A stretch of DNA of 64,000 nucleotides, from contig NC_068989.1 of the NCBI RefSeq assembly GCF_001194135.2, positions 1,655,476 through 1,719,475 on the forward strand, given 5' to 3'. The notes under the pieces are model-generated. The model was not told the DNA's origin. It was given only the letters and a program-made list of their open reading frames with translations, and made no database searches. The position numbers and the translations under genes were made by a program. This document shows positions 53,068-64,000 of the stretch, in pieces. Numbering within the stretch: the stretch's first letter is position 1; every line of letters begins with the position of its first letter. Origin of the DNA: Octopus bimaculoides. Taxonomy: Eukaryota.

Positions 53068-53258
53068 CCTTTCTATTATAGACACAAAGGCTGGATTTTT
53101 GTGGGAGGGAGACAATCGACCATATCGATCCCAGTACCTGAGTGGTACTTTATTTATCGACCCGAAAGGATGAAAGTCAAAGTCGACCTCGGCGGAATTT
53201 GAACTCAGAACGTAGCGATAGACGAAATACCGCTAAGCATTTCGCCCGGCGTCCTAAC
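53068..53258 (-). mobile_element. SINE family A, near full length
   Basis: The minus strand reads GTTAGGACGCCGGGCGAAATGCTTAGCGG...GAGTTCAAATTCCGCCGAGGTCGAC...AGAAAGG followed by (ATT)n. Confidence 0.9.
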
Positions 53259-53475
53259 AACAAGAACAACAATAATGATAATAATAACAACAACAACTAA
53301 ATAAATGAATAAATATGTATATGTAAAGAGAAACTTTAATGAAAGAGTGAAGCACTAATCAGTTCATTAAATAAAACCAATTAAGATGAAGCAAATTATT
53401 AAGAATTTTTAGATTTGGCAGATTATTACATTTTGGTAACAACTGACAACGAGACATGTTTGGGGCGTGGAAGAT

Positions 53476-53543
<68 letters not shown>

Positions 53544-53690
53544 CTCTTTGTTTCTTTCTCTTTCTCTCTTTCTCTTCCTCATTCTCTTTCTCTTTCATTC
53601 TTTCCATCTCTATACACATGCGCGCGCACACACACACATAAATAGATTTTGGAAATGCTTGAATAGGAGTCTGTGTTATGTATGGAAGCT

Positions 53691-53722
<32 letters not shown>

Positions 53723-53956
53723 TGTATGTATGTATGTATGTATGCGTGTACATACGTTTTCTTTCTAATTGGAGTATAAGCGGTTATTTGACTGGCTGCC
53801 AGATTGGCAGCAAGATTCTAACGAAAATATCAATTTAAAATATCTTGATTTTTTCATCATTCTTTGACAACGATTCGCGCTTTATGTATTAAAATAAGTT
53901 TTGCTGTAGTTTCGTGATATAAAAATTCGGTTTCAACAAACCAAATATTCTACAAC

Positions 53957-54115
53957 ATATTGTGTCGAGTCAAAAGTTTTGCAATATTTTGGTAAGTTAT
54001 TTGCTCTCTTCGTTGTTACAACAACAACGGCCTGGCATTCAATGTCGAGGAGTTTCTCTTGCGCTCGCGACGCTTCACCAACCAAGAAGAATTGGAAGCT
54101 TCAGTGAAGGATTTG
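53957..54115 (+). mobile_element. Mariner-like remnant: TIR-like start and C-terminal scrap
   Basis: TATTGTGTCGAGTCAAAAGTTTTGCA. The peptide LRSRRFTNQEELEASVKD resembles the mariner C-terminus. Confidence 0.45.
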
Positions 54116-54231
54116 GTTTGCAAGATTCTTAATGTGAGTTCGTGTGTTGAAGCATATTCTGTTGTGTCGGGGGAGAGTCATTCTCTTTTGGTACCTTATA
54201 ATTTAACACACTCACCGGTTTTGTTAGAATA

Positions 54232-54352
54232 CCACTTTGCCTTTCATCCTTTAGGGGTCAATAAATTAAGTACCAGTTGCATACTGGGGTCGATCTAATC
54301 GACTGGCCCCCTCCCCCAAAATTTCGGGCCTTGTGCCTAGAGAAGGGATTCT
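54232..54352 (+). mobile_element. SINE family A, 3' half
   Basis: CTTTGCCTTTCATCCTTTAGGGGTCAATAAATTAAGTACCAGTT...GGGCCTTGTGCCTAGAGAAGGGATT. Confidence 0.85.
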
Positions 54353-55189
54353 AACAAAATCTATCATAAAAAATATAAGAAAAAATAAATTAAAATGAAG
54401 AAATGTTCCTACAGCTTNNNNNNNNNNNNNNNNNNNNNNNNNNNNNNNNNNNNNNNNNNNNNNNNNNNNNNNNNNNNNNNNNNNNNNNNNNNNNNNNNNN
54501 NNNNNNNNNNNNNNNNNNNNNNNNNNNNNNNNNNNNNNNNNNNNNNNNNNNNNNNNNNNNNNNNNNNNNNNNNNNNNNNNNNNNNNNNNNNNNNNNNNNN
54601 NNNNNNNNNNNNNNNNNNNNNNNNNNNNNNNNNNNNNNNNNNNNNNNNNNNNNNNNNNNNNNNNNNNNNNNNNNNNNNNNNNNNNNNNNNNNNNNNNNNN
54701 NNNNNNNNNNNNNNNNNNNNNNNNNNNNNNNNNNNNNNNNNNNNNNNNNNNNNNNNNNNNNNNNNNNNNNNNNNNNNNNNNNNNNNNNNNNNNNNNNNNN
54801 NNNNNNNNNNNNNNNNNNNNNNNNNNNNNNNNNNNNNNNNNNNNNNNNNNNNNNNNNNNNNNNNNNNNNNNNNNNNNNNNNNNNNNNNNNNNNNNNNNNN
54901 NNNNNNNNNNNNNNNNNNNNNNNNNNNNNNNNNNNNNNNNNNNNNNNNNNNNNNNNNNNNNNNNNNNNNNNNNNNNNNNNNNNNNNNNNNNNNNNNNNNN
55001 NNNNNNNNNNNNNNNNNNNNNNNNNNNNNNNNNNNNNNNNNNNNNNNNNNNNNNNNNNNNNNNNNNNNNNNNNNNNNNNNNNNNNNNNNNNNNNNNNNNN
55101 NNNNNNNNNNNNNNNNNNNNNNNNNNNNNNNNNNNNNNNNNNNNNNNNNNNNNNNNNNNNNNNNNNNNNNNNNNNNNNNNNNNNNNNNN

Positions 55190-55222
<33 letters not shown>

Positions 55223-55250
55223 GCATGTATGTATGTATATACATATATGC

Positions 55251-55286
<36 letters not shown>

Positions 55287-55561
55287 GTCTGTGTGTATGT
55301 ATATATATACACATATACAATACACACATTTACATACACACATTACACACACACACGCACGCATACTTATATCCTTACATGCGTGTTTGTAAATAAGGAG
55401 AGAGAGAGAGAAAAACAAGAGAGAGAGAGAGAGAGAGTGTGTGTGTGTGTGTGAGAGAGAGAGAAGGGGAGGAGAGAATGTTCCACACAGAATAACAATA
55501 ATCTAAACAATTCCACTCGCATCAACAACAATCAATATCAGTTACATTCAAACAATCAACA

Positions 55562-55594
<33 letters not shown>

Positions 55595-55758
55595 TTACTT
55601 ACATACTTCTACACACACAACACACACACAATTACACACACTTGCTAAGTAAGTGTATGAATGGAAATTAGTATTTAAAGTGTCAAACTTCCTTGAAACT
55701 GTTTTTGTATTCGCTTTTCATTACCTTTTCGCCACGTCGTCGCCGTCGTTGCCGTGCC

Positions 55759-55816
<58 letters not shown>

Positions 55817-56354
55817 GGTGGTGGTGGTGGTTATAGTGGTGATTGTGATATCGGTGTTGTTGATGCCAAGCAGTCCTTATGATCAAAGAATGACGTCCCT
55901 AATCTTCACAATTCCGCCCTTTATCTTTTTCTCCCTCACATTGTGCTCTGCAGACAATTGCATTATCCAATACGACCGTCTCCATTTTAACATAAAGGCA
56001 TATTCTCACATAGAGAGAGAGAGGTTTAACAGTTATTTCTAGCAGGTTTTAATGACCTTGTGCAGACTACTACTTTTGTTCCTCATTTTCCAAGAACGTC
56101 TTCTGGCTGATTGCGTTTATGAAGCAGTTCCGTTTCCTTGTTATTTTTTTACAGTTTATTTCCTGATAGTTGTTTCGTAGAATAAGCTCGAAACGTCTTC
56201 AGAATTACGCTACGTAAGTGACATTTGATATCTCTATTATAAGAATTATAGCTAATCCTATGAACGCGCTGGATAACGATAATCTTCCACGTATTACGAG
56301 TGTTGTTTTGATGTCTCCTGCCGAGTGATAGTTTACATATTGGTTTCATACTTT

Positions 56355-56445
56355 GTGCGCAAGGCCAGCAATTTGTGGGTAGGAACAAGGTTATTACATC
56401 GAACCCCAATGATAAACTGGTACTTATTTTATCGACTCCAAAACT
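56355..56445 (-). mobile_element. SINE family A, 3' fragment
   Basis: The minus strand reads GTCGATAAAATAAGTACCAGTTT...GGGGTTCGATGTAAT...GCTGGCCTTGCGC. Confidence 0.7.
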
Positions 56446-56562
56446 GTAGCCTGGATAACTGTAAGCATGCAGCACGACACAAAGAAAAAAACTGGAGAGT
56501 TTTGACATGTCGACTGCAAGATGCAGGAATAATACATGGCTGATAATTTGTTATTCTGACAA

Positions 56563-56737
56563 TAATATTGGTACAAAACTAGCAAATTCAGGGGAGAGGG
56601 ACAGTCAGTACTCAACCTCGAAAGGATAAAATGCAAAACCGATGTCGGTGGTATTTGAACTCAGAACGTACAGACGACAAAATACCACGAAGCATTTTGC
56701 CCGGCGGGCTAACGATTTTGCCAGCTCACCGCCACGA
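56563..56737 (-). mobile_element. SINE family A with a 12-bp target-site duplication
   Basis: TTATTCTGACAA occurs at 56551-56562 and 56738-56749 and brackets a head-to-tail A copy that has an internal deletion. Confidence 0.8.
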
Positions 56738-56759
56738 TTATTCTGACAAAACATTAATT

Positions 56760-56930
56760 CTCGGAGATATTCAGGATGACATGGAGTGTGACAAGGCTGG
56801 TCCCTTTTGAATTACAGGTTCAGCTCATTTTTGTCAGCTGAGTGGAATGAAACAATGTGGAATAACTTACCAAAATTACGACCGTACGATCGTGCACCGA
56901 ATACCACAACCGCCAAAGCACGCGCCTTCA
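56760..56930 (-). mobile_element. SINE family D, internally deleted
   Basis: The head GAAGGCGCGTGCTTTGGCGG...GTATTCGG is followed by CACTCAGCTGACAAAAATGAGCTG...GGACCAGCCTTGTCACAC. Confidence 0.7.
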
Positions 56931-57244
56931 CTTCTTAGTCTGTTAATGAGAAGATGACTATAAGTCAAGCACAAAGCCACAAAAACAGTCTAAAATATAT
57001 TTAAAACGATGATGGACAAAGATCAGAACTTTGATTAGAAGCGAAGCAGGGAATAGCCATGTTGTGACAATTTGAGATGGATGGCATCAGAGGTATTTCT
57101 TGACCAAAGTAATTTAACGTCATTCTTTGCGCTTTCACAGTGAAGCTAATGAAACACCAACAGAATGAATCTGTTAAAAGGACAACTCAATATGTTACAT
57201 CTTCATAAAGATATCATAAGAATGGAGTTCTCAAATAAATGGTA

Positions 57245-57302
<58 letters not shown>

Positions 57303-57358
57303 NNNNNNNNNNGTGTGTGTGTGTGTGTGTTTTGTGAGTGTGTGTACGTGCGTGTATT

Positions 57359-57422
<64 letters not shown>

Positions 57423-57675
57423 ACTGTCAAGCTATTTATACAGTTCTATTAACACATCCATATTTCTTTCTCACACACACATTTCCACACACATACTCTG
57501 TCTCTCTTTCTCTACTTGTTCCTCTCTCGTTCTTTCTCTCTCTCTCTATCTCTCTTTCTTCCTTCCTTTCGTCATCTCCATCCTCGTTTCGGTTCCTCTG
57601 TGACTTGGATTTCTAAAAGGATAAGTGCCCTGACACAGAAAATGCATTTACACACAACCCTTTCCTTATCTCATA

Positions 57676-58098
57676 TCTTCATCATCATCATCTTCGTAAT
57701 CGTAATCGCCACCAACACCACACCACCACCACCACCACCACCACCACCATCACCATCACCATCATCATCACCATCATTGCCAGCACCTCGTCATCAATTG
57801 CAGCTATAGCGTCGTCGTCACCCTCGTCGTCATCATGATCGTTGTCGCTGCCACCTCATCATCACACTTATCCACCACCGCCTCCTCCTCCTTGTCATCA
57901 TCATCATCATCATCATCTTCATCATCACCATCATCACCACCACCACCATCAGCAGCAGCAGCATCACCATCACCATCATCATGTTCTCCATCACGATCAC
58001 CATCACCATCATCATCATCGTCGTTATCATTACCGTCATCATCACTATCTTCCATCGTCATCATCATCATCATCTTCATCATCATCATCATCATCATC
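57676..58098. repeat. Degenerate (CAT/CAC/CGT)n trinucleotide field
   Basis: Seen directly; it is the source of the poly-H/S/M/D ORFs. Confidence 0.9.
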
Positions 58099-59275
58099 GT
58101 TATTCCTTTCCATTAAAAAAATAATTAAAATTTAAAAAACCAACGCGGGAGAAGAAGGCTGCTATCATTGAAAACGAAACGCTCTTGAAGACAATTGCCA
58201 TTCTGTTGGCGAGGGAAGCGAAAGGGAGCATTTCCTGTTGGGCTTATTTTGTTCTGCCTTCAGTTTGTTGTTATCACCTTTTACAGATAAACTTGATATG
58301 CTGAAGTGAAGAGTGAAATTGTGTGCCAATAGCGCCCTCTGTGTAAGTATATACTTTTGACGTACAACGCAAACACACACACAGAGACACACACACACAA
58401 ACACACAGACACACAGACACACACAGGCACGCACGCACATAAAGATAAACGTGCAAATGCGAAGACATATATCTCGTATATCTCATATACATATTGTATA
58501 TCATTAGTTTTTATATATACGCAAATAATGTATACACAATAATGAAAACCACAAAACGTGCTTTGAAATAAGCGTTCATAATTACATTTGTGCATATATA
58601 GACACAATTTAGTGACTTTTATATACACACATATATACCTACTTACATACGTACATATACATGCATATATATGAAAAAAGTGCGTATGTATATATACGTA
58701 TGTATGTATGTATATACACATATATACATATATATATACATACACACGCACACAAACACACTATTGCAACCAATTCTCCACCGAGTCAGTGATCGTTTAC
58801 ATAGCAGGGAGTCTCTACCGAGTTAGCATCGATCTTTCGCTTCACTTACACTGCTAGTGAAATTAGGGAATGCATTCGGGCCACCTCTTCTTAATTCCTA
58901 CTCTCTAGAATGTAAGTGAATATAGATCAATATTGTTAGAATTAAATGAATTATTCAGTTTCCGTGAGGCCACAACCGAAAATAACTACAATGTGATATA
59001 AATTCGCAATTATTATCGGTTAATTTGTAATCCGATATCTAATCACCTCGCCATTTCGTCTATACTTTCAGTCGATCAGTATTACGTATTCTTAGAAAAT
59101 ATATAATGAAGTACATAGTTGTGAGTACAGAATTGTCAATAGATGGCATTCTTCAGCTCTAAGACAGATTGTATCATTATCTCGTTCTGGGGAAAATAAA
59201 AATCAGGGCTATTTTCTTGACGCTGGATTAATTGTCCGAAGCGTCAGTGGTGCTTCTTTACTTTTATGTCAGTAA

Positions 59276-59787
59276 CCCATTAACTGCCAAATTCTTTTAT
59301 TCATATTTTTTGGCTTTGCCAAGTGTCTTAGAAGTTAAAATGATATATAGCATTTAAATTTTCCTCATATGTGAATTATTTTGGAAATTATGATAAATTT
59401 TTCAAAAAGTCCCAAATGGGGATCGCTGAAAAAAAAAGTATATTTATCTTTTTCTATTCAATTGCAAAAATAAACATTTTAGTTTGTTTGAAACTATAGA
59501 ATCAATGCGAATGTATATGAAATATCAATGAATGATATAAATGGGAAATGCAAAAACAAAAAAAAAAAGAACTTTTCAAAACAGTCAATATTTTTGTAGT
59601 TCAAAAAGTGCAATTTATGCCATAAAATGTCCTCTGGATAATAATGACAAACTTTAACTCCTAAATATTGTTAAACACACCTCTGCAAACGTTATGTCCG
59701 TAAGCAATTCACTTTAAATACAACAAACAACCGGCAGGGAAACTGTTTTTAACAGGTCCCTAAACGGGGCTCGTGGCAGGCAAGGGG
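59276..59787. mobile_element. piggyBac-like non-autonomous element
   Basis: The left end is (GTAA)CCCATTAACTGCCA and the right end is TGGCAGGCAAGGGG(TTAA). They match as inverted repeats at 14/17 nt including the TAA of the target site. The interior is AT-rich. Confidence 0.5.
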
Positions 59788-61509
59788 TTAACACATTGAC
59801 TAACAAATCTTTTGTAATTGTTTGTTTTTATTTCTTTTGTTTATCCTTAAGAATTGCCTTTTCTGGAATATCTACGACAAAATTACGTACTGACCCTTCT
59901 CTATTTTAAGACATATTTTACAGGAAAAGGTGCTTTTTCTAGGACCACAGGCAATCATGTAGATGTCTTCTGCATGATTTGCATGGTCCTTTTGTTACCA
60001 ATCATAACAAAATATGACAATCAACCCCACCACCGCCACTACCACCACCACCACCACCACTAAGCATCTTACTGGCTGCAAGAATTTTAACTGCCCTTTC
60101 GAGTTTATGATTCACTGCAAAAAAAGGAAAAAGAATACAAGCAATTGAAATGGCACGTAATTTCGAGGTGGCAATACATGGGGACAGCATCGCAGCCACA
60201 TAAAATATCTTGTTTTTAAAAGTCACAGTTCTTTGGATTCTTTACATTTTATTTGTTTACAAAGTCGTTGTTTTGATTTGACATAAACACAAAAACACAA
60301 ACAAACAAACACAAACCCGCACNNNNNNNNNNNNNNNNNNNNNNNNNNNNNNNNNNNNNNNNNNNNNNNNNNNNNNNNNNNNNNNNNNNNNNNNNNNNNN
60401 NNNNNNNNNNNNNNNNNNNNNNNNNNNNNNNNNNNNNNNNNNNNNNNNNNNNNNNNNNNNNNNNNNNNNNNNNNNNNNNNNNNNNNNNNNNNNNNNNNNN
60501 NNNNNNNNNNNNNNNNNNNNNNNNNNNNNNATATATATATATATATATGTATATGAATATTATATGTGTGTATATAAATATATATATATATGTATGTGTG
60601 TGTGTGTGTGTGTGTGTGTATACACATGATATATCAGCAATGGCGTCTGCAAGTACATATTATTTCGTAAGACAAATTCCAAGACTATAAAGGACAAAAG
60701 GACTCACACATACACTTACTTATGCATATATCTGTAATTGCGTGTATACACACACACACACACACACACATCTCGTTTTGTTTTATTTTTGGAATTCCTC
60801 TCATGAAATGTCGTCTGCAATCACAGATTACTCGTAGACAACATTACTATTTTTCTTTATTTTGCATCTGCAAAGTAAAAACTCTGACGCCAGTCACCAA
60901 TTAGAATCTTAGAATTCTAGAATGCGCGTTCCTTTGTATTGTTTCCGAATGCCAACTTCTTTCACAAGTTATAAGAGAGTGGAATATTAAGTTTGACAAG
61001 TCTTAATTACTAGTTTATACATTTTCTGTGCAACATTTTTATTTCTTTATTTGTTTTAATTTTTTTACGTGTTTTACTTTTTTTAAGAAAAAAAACTTTG
61101 TTTTCGTTTTCGCAATAAACCTGCTCTAATTTCGTGGTTCTCGTGCTGGAGTTGGTTTTTAGCTTGCTTATTTCTGTTTGTTGCTTTTGTTTCCAGGAGC
61201 TGTTCGCTCATTATTTTTACGTATAAGTGTCACATACGCAATTACTCAACATACATGCTTTATNNNNNNNNNNNNNNNNNNNNNNNNNNNNNNNNNNNNN
61301 NNNNNNNNNNNNNNNNNNNNNNNNNNNNNNNNNNNNNNNNNNNNNNNNNNNNNNNNNNNNNNNNNNNNNNNNNNNNNNNNNNNNNNNNNNNNNNNNNNNN
61401 NNNNNNNNNNNNNNNNNNNNNNNNNNNNNNNNNNNNNNNNNNNNNNNNNNNNNNNNNNNNNNNNNNNNNNNNNNNNNNNNNNNNNNNNNNNNNNNNNNNN
61501 NNNNNNNNN

Positions 61510-61546
<37 letters not shown>

Positions 61547-62291
61547 ACATATGCAATTATGTATGCAGGTATGTGCATATGTGTGTAAGCAGGTATGTGT
61601 ATGCATACCTGCATGTATGCATATATGTATGTAATTACACACACACACACACACACACATACAGAATATTTTGTTTCGGTATCTCTGTATATTATGAATT
61701 TCTAACTTGGAAATGATCTCTAAATTGTGTTTCTCAATTGTTTTCTGAAGAAACACAAAACCACAAAACAAGGCAATTGGAGTTGTCAGAGCTAGTGAAG
61801 ACCACGATGTTGTCGTTGTTGTTATTGTTGTTGTTGCTGTTGTTGCTGTTATTGTTGTTGTTGTTGTTCTTCTTCTTCTTCTTCTTCTTGTTTTGTTTTA
61901 CATAATTTGTTATGACATCATTATCAGGAAGGAAACCAAACTTTGCTCCTCTTGTTCTTTAAATACGCAGAAAAAATAATACATTTAATGTATTTATTTA
62001 TATTATTATTATTATTATTATTGTTGTTGTTGTTGTTGTTGTTGTTGTTATTATTATTATTTAAAACAGTTTCATTTTCTGTTCTATGTGGCAGAAAGTT
62101 TCGCAGACTTCTTACAGAAGCCTAGCCCGTTCTGGCTCGGATAACCAAATAAAGAGATACCGGCAGTCCAAGATGGCTACATACATGCGTACATATTTTC
62201 ATACATACACATGTATATGTATTCATATATGTATGTACGTATACTTGTATATGTCTGTGTGTGTGTGTGTTTAGATGTGTGTGTGTGTGTA

Positions 62292-62401
62292 TAACCGTTA
62301 AGTTAGAGGGACGTAAACATACCAACATCGGTTGTCAAGCGATGGTGGGAGACAAACACAGACAACACGCATCCACACACACACACACACATATACGCAC
62401 G

Positions 62402-62450
<49 letters not shown>

Positions 62451-62703
62451 NNNNNNNNNNNNNNNNNNNNNNNNNNNNNNNNNNNNNNNNNNNNNNNNNN
62501 NNNNNNNNNNNNNNNNNNNNNNNNNNNNNNNNNATATATATATATATATATATATATACGACGAGCTTCTTTCAGTTTCCGTCTACCAAATCCACTCACA
62601 AGGCTTTGGTAGAAGACACTCGCCCAAGGTGCCACGCAGTGGGTCTGAACCCGGAACCATGTGGTTGGGAAGCAAGCTTCTTACCACACAGCCACTCCTG
62701 CAC
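62292..62703 (-). mobile_element. SINE family B, head to mid-body, with internal microsatellite and gap
   Basis: The minus strand reads GCAGGAGTGGCTGTGTGGTAAGAAGCTTGC...GGTTCAGACCCACTGCGTGGCACCTTGGGCGAGTGTCTTCTAC. Confidence 0.9.
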
Positions 62704-63291
62704 TTATATAGGCGCCCACACACGTGACGTGCAAATATGATACATACAGACACGCACATATACACACAATGCATCCCTTCATTTCCGAACGATAGGACGT
62801 AATTTCATGTAGATTAAGCTGTTGTTTCTAGCATACCGAGCAACCTTATAGAGGTTCTCCGCTATGATACAATTCAGAAAGATAAGCTATTTTGTTAAAT
62901 GAACTTATTGAGGTAATTAGTAAGAAAAATAATTAGTAAAAATAATAATTAGTAAAAAAACAAACAGGAAACAAACAACAAATATTTAGTTTAACAGAAC
63001 CCAGAAGAAAGCACCTTACCGTTCCTAAAACTCGCATCGGAACACGATTGGTTGTGGAAAACAAGGCCTTTGAATCAAGCAGGATACGCAAACGAAAGTG
63101 ATATGTATTAGGTGGGTGGGACAAGCGTTCGAGCGGTTAATCACAAGATTCGACGCCGTATCGTCTTTCTTGCTTTCCTTCTTTCGCCTTTTCTAATATT
63201 TCCTTAGTCTTAGTAAAATGTACTGAGCTGTTGGGGAAAATGTCGCAAAGGAAGGTACCATATATATATATAGATATATATATATATAGAT

Positions 63292-63354
<63 letters not shown>

Positions 63355-63722
63355 TAGATATTGATATAGATATGTGTGCGTGTGTATACATATATATATA
63401 TATATATATTTATGCATTTATTATGTTTATATANNNNNNNNNNNNNNNNNNNNNNNNNNNNNNNNNNNNNNNNNNNNNNNNNNNNNNNNNNNNNNNNNNN
63501 NNNNNNNNNNNNNNNNNNNNNNNNNNNNNNNNNNNNNNNNNNNNNNNNNNNNNNNNNNNNNNNNNNNNNNNNNNNNNNNNNNNNNNNNNNNNNNNNNNNN
63601 NNNNNNNNNNNNNNNNNNNNNNNNNNNNNNNNNNNNNNNNNNNNNNNNNNNNNNNNNNNNNNNNNNNNNNNNNNNNNNNNNNNNNNNNNNNNNNNNNNNN
63701 NNNNNNNNNNNNNNNNNNNNNN

Positions 63723-63757
<35 letters not shown>

Positions 63758-63764
<7 letters not shown>

Positions 63765-63950
63765 ACCACCGCTTGACAACCGGTATTAGTGTATTTACGT
63801 CCTCGTTACTTAGCGGTTCGACATAAGATGATGATAGAATAAGTACCAGGATTCTTTTTTAAAATAAGTACTGGGATCGATTTGTTCGACTAAAATTCTA
63901 CAAAGAAATGCCCCAGCATGGCCACAGTCTAATGACTGAAGCGAGTAAAG
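63758..63950 (+). mobile_element. SINE family B, 3' half
   Basis: CACCACCGCTTGACAACCGG...CTTAGCGGTTCG...ATGCCCCAGCATGGCCACAGTCTAATGACTGAAG. Confidence 0.85.
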
Positions 63951-64000
63951 GGACGAAAAACGCTACATCGTTACGTTTATTCTGACGATGCCCAATTGAA

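Noticed and set aside
58330-58343. CTCF-like motif AGCGCCCTCTGTG
   Set aside because: It is a partial match to a short motif, has no supporting context and overlaps a putative splice donor.
58840-58920. Imperfect 80-nt hairpin with TTCACTTACA/TGTAAGTGAA outer arms
   Set aside because: Only the outer 10 bp pair cleanly; the interior is bulged and the loop large, which is expected by chance in AT-rich DNA.

Overview
This 64-kb window is gappy animal genomic DNA with about 22 N-gaps, most flanked by microsatellites. It is AT-rich and very dense in simple repeats. The microsatellite density and SINE content suggest a coleoid cephalopod, probably Octopus; this is an inference, not something the sequence proves. 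I recognise no host protein-coding gene, rRNA, true tRNA or CRISPR array. Most of the supplied ORFs are translations of microsatellites or N-gaps. The window is mainly a transposon graveyard. It contains four tRNA-like-headed SINE families, labelled A-D here. It contains seven fragments of R4/Dong-like restriction-endonuclease (RLE) retrotransposons, plus CR1, Tx1/L1 and RTE-like LINE remnants. DNA transposon remnants include Tc1 and mariner pieces, two hAT MITEs with 8-bp TSDs, a fold-back MITE and a piggyBac-like element. Three observations stand out. First, a near-canonical minimal type I hammerhead ribozyme lies on the minus strand at 39230-39270. Second, SINE-B shares its 3' terminus with a CR1 LINE in the same window. 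Third, R4/Dong-like fragments repeatedly sit tail-to-tail with SINE-A copies, twice across a shared (ATT)n tract. A few weak candidate exons are listed at low confidence.
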